Assembly (NCBI GenBank): GCA_035289485.1 | Contig: DATDXA010000032.1 | Coordinates: 1 to 38,675 of the forward strand | Reading direction: 5' to 3' | DNA from: an archaeon | Lineage (GTDB): Archaea > Iainarchaeota > Iainarchaeia > Iainarchaeales > Iainarchaeaceae | Length of the DNA: 38,675 nt | Part shown: positions 33,376 through 38,675 of the stretch, one piece after another | How positions within the stretch are numbered: position 1 is the stretch's first letter | How the letters are laid out: each line of letters starts with the position of its first letter | The notes under the pieces: generated by a model | The model's database searches: none | What the model was told of the DNA's origin: nothing | Seen by the model: only the letters and a program-made list of their open reading frames with translations | Translations under genes and position numbers: made by a program

Positions 33376-33879
33376 TCAGCCATTTTTAAGAGGAACTTTT
33401 TCCAGGATAACACGGATGCCAGAAGCATAAAACAGCCGCTCCCAGAATTTTGGGTGCAAATTTGCAAAAAAATTCAGGATGGTGAATGGAAAAACCCGCC
33501 CCTCAACAATAAGCCGATTTGAAATTGCCCTAAGGTCCTGGACAGGGTCGTGCGGCTCGGGAAAGCTGTCAAATGTGCTCCAGGAGAAGAAAAAAGTGTG
33601 GGTAATCTTGTAGGCCGAAGGGGACTTGAAGTGCGGCACCCAAATTTCCGCCGTTCCATGCGGCTTTAGGACACGGGAAACCTGCTTGAAAAAAAAGTCC
33701 AGCGAATCCATGTGCTCAAGGCCGTCTTTTATGAACAGGTAATCCACACTTGAGTCCTGCACAAATTTCCACGGCTTGTTGAGGTCGGCTGTGATGTCCT
33801 GCGGCCCGCCTTTGAGGTTATCGACGTTCAAGAAGCCCTTTTTGTAATCAAAACCACAGCATAGATGCAACTTTGTCAT
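33376..33879 (-). CDS. Small SAM-dependent methyltransferase-domain protein
   Basis: KLHLCCG.....G.LNVD, DL...W.F...SVD, LEH and RVLKP.G.....VPH motifs; a family common in glycan loci. Confidence 0.82.
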   Translation of the reverse strand: MTKLHLCCGFDYKKGFLNVDNLKGGPQDITADLNKPWKFVQDSSVDYLFIKDGLEHMDSLDFFFKQVSRVLKPHGTAEIWVPHFKSPSAYKITHTFFFSWSTFDSFPEPHDPVQDLRAISNRLIVEGRVFPFTILNFFANLHPKFWERLFYASGIRVILEKVPLKNG

Positions 33880-33948
33880 GTAATACCCCGTGTGCGCAGC
33901 CAGAATTATTTATTGAGCCATAATACATTTATTAAAGTGCCTTGCCTT

Positions 33949-34902
33949 TCAGGTACCGCCAAAAAATGTGAGAATGGGCCACACTGAACTGAGCTTGAGG
34001 CAGAGCAGTTCGACTGAATCGGAATTCCCAACTCCTATTCTTCCGGTGCGCCAAGGATCCCGTTTTTCGCCAAAGGGATTGATTGCGGTGAATGCCTGCC
34101 CGTATCCTGCGGAGCGAACCATTTTTCGCGATTCTTCAGAAAAATCTTTTGCGGTGCCGAATGGATAAGCAAAAAAAGCGCATTCTTTGCCTGAAATACT
34201 TTCAATTGCACTCTTTGAAGCTGTGATTTCGGACTTTGCAGACTCGACTGCTGAAAAAGCCAGGTTTGGGTGGGTTACTGTGTGCGAGCCAAGCTCTATA
34301 AGGGGCAGCATTGTACGGAGCTCTTTTTTTGTGCAAACCATTGCGTCGCTTAGCTGATTTTCCCCGATTCCAAGAATTGAAATTATTTGCCTTGCGGCCC
34401 TGTCACGTTCAGACGGGGGCTGTACTGCAAGTTTTTTTGAAATGATTTGCCATGCGTCCAGGGCGGCACTCGCGCTGCCTAAGATTATGCTTTTTGAGTC
34501 CCACGGAAGATTGAGTTTTTTTATTTTGGTTTTTTGCAGCGCAATCCTTACGGCTTCAAGATAAAAAAATTGTCCTAGGTATCCGGTCGGGACAAAAATT
34601 GCCGCCGGCACACCGTATTTTTTCAGGATTGGGTAAATTTGCAGGTAGTTATTCCGGTATCCGTCGTCAAATGTTATGGAAACAGAGGCGCCATCGGCCG
34701 CATTAGCATCCGCAAGAGGGAGCAGTGCATAATGTTTTTTCAGGAATTCAAGGTGGGCATTGAAAATTTCCGGGCGCGGGTTATGGTATAGCAGGGTAAG
34801 TTTTGCGCCCCTTCTTTTTTGGAGCAGAAATTGGGAAATCCCAGCGGCAAAAAAAAGCTTGGCAATCACTTCCGAAAATGATTTGACGGCAGATAGCCTC
34901 AT
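33949..34902 (-). CDS. Polysaccharide deacetylase (NodB/CE4)
   Basis: LLYH, ITFDDGY, GSHTVTHPNL, FAYPFG and GY..AFT motifs, with a helical insertion. Confidence 0.92.
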   Translation of the reverse strand: MRLSAVKSFSEVIAKLFFAAGISQFLLQKRRGAKLTLLYHNPRPEIFNAHLEFLKKHYALLPLADANAADGASVSITFDDGYRNNYLQIYPILKKYGVPAAIFVPTGYLGQFFYLEAVRIALQKTKIKKLNLPWDSKSIILGSASAALDAWQIISKKLAVQPPSERDRAARQIISILGIGENQLSDAMVCTKKELRTMLPLIELGSHTVTHPNLAFSAVESAKSEITASKSAIESISGKECAFFAYPFGTAKDFSEESRKMVRSAGYGQAFTAINPFGEKRDPWRTGRIGVGNSDSVELLCLKLSSVWPILTFFGGT

Positions 34903-35984
34903 TTTTCCACCAGCATTGAATATATTTTGGCGTAATCGGACATCATTTTCGAAACAGTAAAATTCTTTGACTTGATTATGGCATTTTCCCTTATTTTTTG
35001 GAGCCCGTTGCCCATTGCGAGAGCAGCCCTGAGCTTTTTTGCCAAATCAGCTGGGTCTTTTGGCCTGCAGAGAAAACCATTTTTCCCATCGTCAATCTGG
35101 TCCCGAATGCCCGGGATATCAGAGCCGATTACAGCACAGCCGCATGACATTGCCTCCGCAATTGTGAGCCCAAAGCCCTCGCTCCATGAAGGGAGCACGC
35201 TTAGAGTTGCACTGGAATAAAATTCCGGAAGCTTTTCTCTTGGAACTTTTGGGAAAATTTTGACATTGCCCTCGACGCCCATTGCAACTGCCTTTTGCGG
35301 AATTTTTTCCCCCGCAGGCCCTTCCCCTACAAACCAAAGCTGCAGGCGCTTGTCTTTTAGATGCGCGAAAGCTTCAAGTAGGTCCATTACACCCTTGCGC
35401 TCTTCGAGGCGCCCGACATACAATATTGCCTTATTCGCCCCTGGTTTTCCGGATGGCTTGAACAATTTTTGGTCGATGCCGATATATACGACTCTTAGGT
35501 CACATTTGTAATCCGAATTTATTTCATCCACAATGCCACGTGATATTGCCGTTCGAAAGCTCGAGTTCCGCAAGGAGAGTTTTTCGAGGAACTTCATGAA
35601 CATGAATTTTATTGACGGGAATTTTCTATTAAGGTAAAAATAGGTGTTATTTAGGGTGTATACTGCAGGCTTTGATGCCCTTCTGAGGAGCTGGACACCG
35701 CCTGAACTTCCCATGAAATGCACTAGGTCAAGCGAATATTTTTGTATCATTTTCTCGCAAACAAGCGCACATTGCAATGAAAAAATAAGCTGGCCAAACT
35801 GCCCACTAAGAATCCTTTTTACAGTTATGTGCCCAGGAAGGCGGGTTTCACTTGGCGAAAATACCATTGGCTCGAAATTGCGGTCTTCAAGCATTGCCCT
35901 GTAAAGTTCAGAGGCGTGAATCCCTATGCCTCCTGCTATTGGCTCAAAATCCCAGGTAAATATACCGACTTTTAGCTTTGCCAT
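34899..35984 (-). CDS. Glycosyltransferase family 4
   Basis: True start MAKLKVGIF at 35984; GGIG.H, YVGRLEERKG, PSWSEGFGLTIAEAMSCG motifs. The ORF-track extension to 37070 is the antisense shadow of the next gene. Confidence 0.9.
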   Translation of the reverse strand: MAKLKVGIFTWDFEPIAGGIGIHASELYRAMLEDRNFEPMVFSPSETRLPGHITVKRILSGQFGQLIFSLQCALVCEKMIQKYSLDLVHFMGSSGGVQLLRRASKPAVYTLNNTYFYLNRKFPSIKFMFMKFLEKLSLRNSSFRTAISRGIVDEINSDYKCDLRVVYIGIDQKLFKPSGKPGANKAILYVGRLEERKGVMDLLEAFAHLKDKRLQLWFVGEGPAGEKIPQKAVAMGVEGNVKIFPKVPREKLPEFYSSATLSVLPSWSEGFGLTIAEAMSCGCAVIGSDIPGIRDQIDDGKNGFLCRPKDPADLAKKLRAALAMGNGLQKIRENAIIKSKNFTVSKMMSDYAKIYSMLVEK

Positions 35985-36010
35985 CTCAACACTTGACCAT
36001 GTGGTAAGAA

Positions 36011-36020
36011 GTATTTTAAA
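36011..36020. promoter_or_regulatory. Palindromic TATA-like element between divergent genes
   Basis: TTTAAA at 36015-36020, about 26 nt from ATG 36046(+) and about 31 nt from ATG 35984(-). Confidence 0.45.
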
Positions 36021-36036
36021 GAAAATCGGGGCAGGA

Positions 36037-37470
36037 ATGCTGTATATGCCAAAAAAAGTCATCATAGCAGGGTTTGGCGATGCCGGCAAACTGGTTTTCA
36101 GCGAAATTGGCAAGGACAACAGAAAAGAGTACGTGGTATTGTGCTTTCTGGATGATGACCCGGCAAAGCTTGGCCAGGAGCACTTTGGGGCAAAAGTGCT
36201 TGGAAGGATTTCGGATGCGCCAAGATTGGCAAAAGAGCTCGGCGCTGGCGAAATAATAATTGCAATTCCTTCGGCAAAGGGCAGCGATATCAGGCGCATC
36301 ATTGGCGAGTGCACAGTGAACGGCGTTAGCCTCAAGATATTGCCGAGCCTTTTTGAAATAATACGGGGAAATGTCGAAATCAACAAAATCAGGCCTGTTA
36401 AGGCAGATGATTTGCTTGGCAGGAAAACCGCGGAATTCGACATCATGGAAGTTGAGGGGATTTTCCGCGGAAAAAGGGTCCTTGTGACCGGAGGCGCGGG
36501 GTCGATTGGAACAGAGCTTGCAAAAAAACTTGTGCAGACAAATCCTGCGGAATTATTCCTGCTTGACATTGATGAAAATGGCCTGTATTTTAATTTGGTG
36601 GACCTGCGGCGGGACAATGCGAATGTGAAAGTTGAGGTAGTGGTTGCCAATATCCGTGAGCGGGAAAAGGTTTTCAGGATTTTTAATAGGCTAAAGCCGC
36701 AGATAGTTTTCCACGCGGCCGCATCAAAACAGGTCCCTATAGTTGAGCAGAATGTGGCCGAAGGCGTGAAAAATAACATCCTTGGGACAAAAAACGTGGT
36801 GGATGCGGCAATTGAAAATTCCGCTGAAAGGTTTGTTTTTATTTCCACGGACAAGGCAGTGAGCCCCTCTAGCATTATGGGCTCGACTAAGAGGGTTGCG
36901 GAGTGGATTTGCCAGAACGCGCAGCCGGATTCAAAGGGCACAAAAATATTCATTGCAAGGTTTGGCAACGTGTTCGGGAGCAAGGGAAGTGTGATTCCGC
37001 TTTTTATGAAGCAAATAGAGGAAAGGCGGGAAATAACAATCACCGACAAAAAAATGACAAGGTATTTCATGTCAATTGAAGAGGCAGTGGCATTGCTGCT
37101 GCGTGTGTGCTCCTTTCAAAGAGGCGGCACTTATTTTTTTGACATGGGTGAGCAGATAAGGATTTATGATGTCGGGGTTGAACTCATTAAAATGCAGGGA
37201 CTAAAGCCGGGAGTTGATGTGAAAATACTCGAGACCGGCCTTCGGCCAGGGGAAAAAATATCGGAACGGCTTATAACCGAAAACGAAAGCAAAAGTGGCA
37301 CAAGTGTTGAAAACATCATGGAAGTAATTGCCGGCACAAATAGCTGGCAGGAAGTCAAGCTGGAGTGCAACAAAATAATTGAAAGGCTTGAATTGGAAGG
37401 GGAACACGTAATCGCAAAGGAAATCAGGGAACTGGCGGCACCGATTTACAGGAAAACAAATGCAATTTAA
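36037..37470 (+). CDS. UDP-GlcNAc 4,6-dehydratase, PglF/CapD/WbpM family (no N-terminal membrane domain)
   Basis: CoA-binding-like N-domain (G.GDAG, FLDDD..K), DLLGR, GGAGSIG, HAAA.K.VP, ISTDKAV, MG.TKR, RFGNV.GS.GSVIP.F, MTRYFM and GLRPGEK motifs. Start 36037 or 36046. Confidence 0.93.
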   Translation: MLYMPKKVIIAGFGDAGKLVFSEIGKDNRKEYVVLCFLDDDPAKLGQEHFGAKVLGRISDAPRLAKELGAGEIIIAIPSAKGSDIRRIIGECTVNGVSLKILPSLFEIIRGNVEINKIRPVKADDLLGRKTAEFDIMEVEGIFRGKRVLVTGGAGSIGTELAKKLVQTNPAELFLLDIDENGLYFNLVDLRRDNANVKVEVVVANIREREKVFRIFNRLKPQIVFHAAASKQVPIVEQNVAEGVKNNILGTKNVVDAAIENSAERFVFISTDKAVSPSSIMGSTKRVAEWICQNAQPDSKGTKIFIARFGNVFGSKGSVIPLFMKQIEERREITITDKKMTRYFMSIEEAVALLLRVCSFQRGGTYFFDMGEQIRIYDVGVELIKMQGLKPGVDVKILETGLRPGEKISERLITENESKSGTSVENIMEVIAGTNSWQEVKLECNKIIERLELEGEHVIAKEIRELAAPIYRKTNAI

Positions 37471-37524
37471 GAAAATGCGGAAAAAATGCGGGCTTAGAAA
37501 ATTCTTATCCAAGAGTTCCAATTT

Positions 37525-38214
37525 TCAATTCACCAGGTAGTCTGTTTCTGTGAGATAAACTTCATTCCCCGTTGCTTCCTTTATCTTATCGACAAATTCG
37601 CCTGTCTTGGCCTTGTCTTTGAGCGTTACGAGGAAAACCGACCAGTTAAATCCTTTCTTGCCGGTTGATTCCGTGCTCAAAAACTGGTAATTTGATAGGT
37701 AGGATGCAAAGACCTTGGACAATGTGCCCTCAATGGAAGTTTTGCTCGGCAGCATGACCTTGAGGAGCTCCTCTTTTTTCGTAGAGCCGCCAAAGTTCAT
37801 CCAATGCATTGCAATAATGAGAAGGCACACAAAGGCGGTCATTATTACTGCAAGAATGTAGAAACGGGTTCCAACTGCCATGCCAACAACCATCATTAGG
37901 AAAATGAATCCGACATCCCGCGAATCCTTAACCGCGTTCCTGAACCTGATTATTGAAAGTGCGCCAAGAAGGGTAAATGCCCTTGCGATATTGGTCCCTA
38001 TTATCAGCATCACCATGGAGACGACAACGCCGAAAACCACGATAATCTGCACAAAACTCTTTGAGTAAGAGGTGCTGCTGTGTGTCAGCCTATATGTGCG
38101 CGCAATAACAAGGCAAAGGGCGGTTGTGAGCAAAAGTATCAGGAAAATATCCGAAATGCCGAACACGTTTTCAGTTGCGCCAAGGGCAGAAATAGGGTCA
38201 TCGAACCAGGCCAT
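37525..38214 (-). CDS. DUF4956 family membrane protein
   Basis: NIARAF.L.GALSIIRFR..VKD..D..F.F.....GMA.G signature; four to five TM helices plus a small C-terminal domain; TTTATTAA about 24 nt upstream. Confidence 0.88.
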   Translation of the reverse strand: MAWFDDPISALGATENVFGISDIFLILLLTTALCLVIARTYRLTHSSTSYSKSFVQIIVVFGVVVSMVMLIIGTNIARAFTLLGALSIIRFRNAVKDSRDVGFIFLMMVVGMAVGTRFYILAVIMTAFVCLLIIAMHWMNFGGSTKKEELLKVMLPSKTSIEGTLSKVFASYLSNYQFLSTESTGKKGFNWSVFLVTLKDKAKTGEFVDKIKEATGNEVYLTETDYLVN

Positions 38215-38324
38215 GTTGAAATAGCATTGGCAAATGTTAATAAATATACGCAGGAAACTGGCTTAGCAAAGTCACGGGTTATGCGACAAGGCAAGCGGTT
38301 TGCATCATTAATGCATGAACCACA

Positions 38325-38675
38325 TTAGAAATCTTTTTCAGGCAGTGAATTGTTCATAGCTTCGCAATATTTTGAAACCGTTGTCAGCCGGAGGTCAAAA
38401 ATCCTGATCATGTTCATTGCCCAGACCGGCATGAATTTCTTGTATTTGACCTCAAGCACAACCAGGTTTGGGGGTATCGCATATCTGCTTGTCTGCGGAT
38501 CAGGATTCCTGAGGTCAACTGTCCTGTAGCCGACATTCAGGTCAAAAGTCAGCCTTGTATTATGGCTTGCGGAGTCATAAAACGCCTGCCTTTCATATGC
38601 AACCATTATTTTGGGCTGGAGGCCGAACTTATGCCGAAGATAAAGCACATCATCAATCGCAGTTTTTTCTTTCAC
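38325..38675 (-). CDS. VTC (polyphosphate polymerase-like, CYTH fold) domain protein, C-terminal part (partial; continues beyond the right edge)
   Basis: P...V.YER.AF, RLTFD, VLEVKY and SKYC motifs; adjacent to DUF4956, a pairing I recall as common. Confidence 0.85.
   Translation of the reverse strand: MKEKTAIDDVLYLRHKFGLQPKIMVAYERQAFYDSASHNTRLTFDLNVGYRTVDLRNPDPQTSRYAIPPNLVVLEVKYKKFMPVWAMNMIRIFDLRLTTVSKYCEAMNNSLPEKDF

Noticed and set aside
35985..37070. 362-codon N-terminal extension of the 723-aa minus-strand ORF, suggesting a fusion protein or overlapping gene
   Set aside because: It is the exact antisense of the well-conserved PglF/CapD gene, has no recognisable motifs, and the GT4 domain begins cleanly at ATG 35984.
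37472..37491. Short direct repeat AAAATGCGG x2 after the dehydratase gene
   Set aside because: Too short and only two copies; no array or element ends are associated.
1..38675. Bacterial O-antigen/capsule cluster interpretation; also searched by eye for CRISPR arrays, tRNA/rRNA, transposases and integrases
   Set aside because: The STT3/AglB-type sequence, BRE-TATA spacing, GGTGA RBS and absence of wzy/wzz/wza-type genes favour an archaeal agl locus. No spacer exceeds about 280 bp, and none shows repeats, a cloverleaf or recombinase motifs.

Overview
Almost the whole window is one dense (~33 genes) surface-glycosylation locus, most likely archaeal. It starts with a minus-strand oligosaccharyltransferase (AglB/STT3) running off the left edge, which the ORF track misses. 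Recurrent BRE-TATA motifs about 23-30 nt before start codons and GGTGA-type ribosome-binding sites support an archaeal host; a DPANN-like lineage is a guess. Contents: a split Alg14/Alg13 (PssD/PssE-type) transferase; rmlB, rmlA, rmlC and rmlD; an HpnJ/calditol-synthase-like B12 radical SAM enzyme; a GumH-like GT4; a complete GDP-D-glycero-alpha-D-manno-heptose module (hddA, gmhA, gmhB, hddC) with its own transaldolase, O-methyltransferase and flippase; two NDP-sugar C-methyltransferases, each coupled to a reductase-type SDR; two GT-C membrane transferases; a polyprenol-P-sugar synthase; a UPF0104 flippase-like protein; further methyltransferases; a NodB deacetylase; and a PglF/CapD dehydratase. 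A VTC-domain/DUF4956 pair sits at the right edge. The most interesting reading, which is inference, is an archaeal glycan carrying heptose, C-methyl-branched and possibly ring-contracted (cyclitol) sugars. No tRNA, rRNA, CRISPR or mobile element was recognised. All family calls come from motif recognition by eye; no database searches were run.
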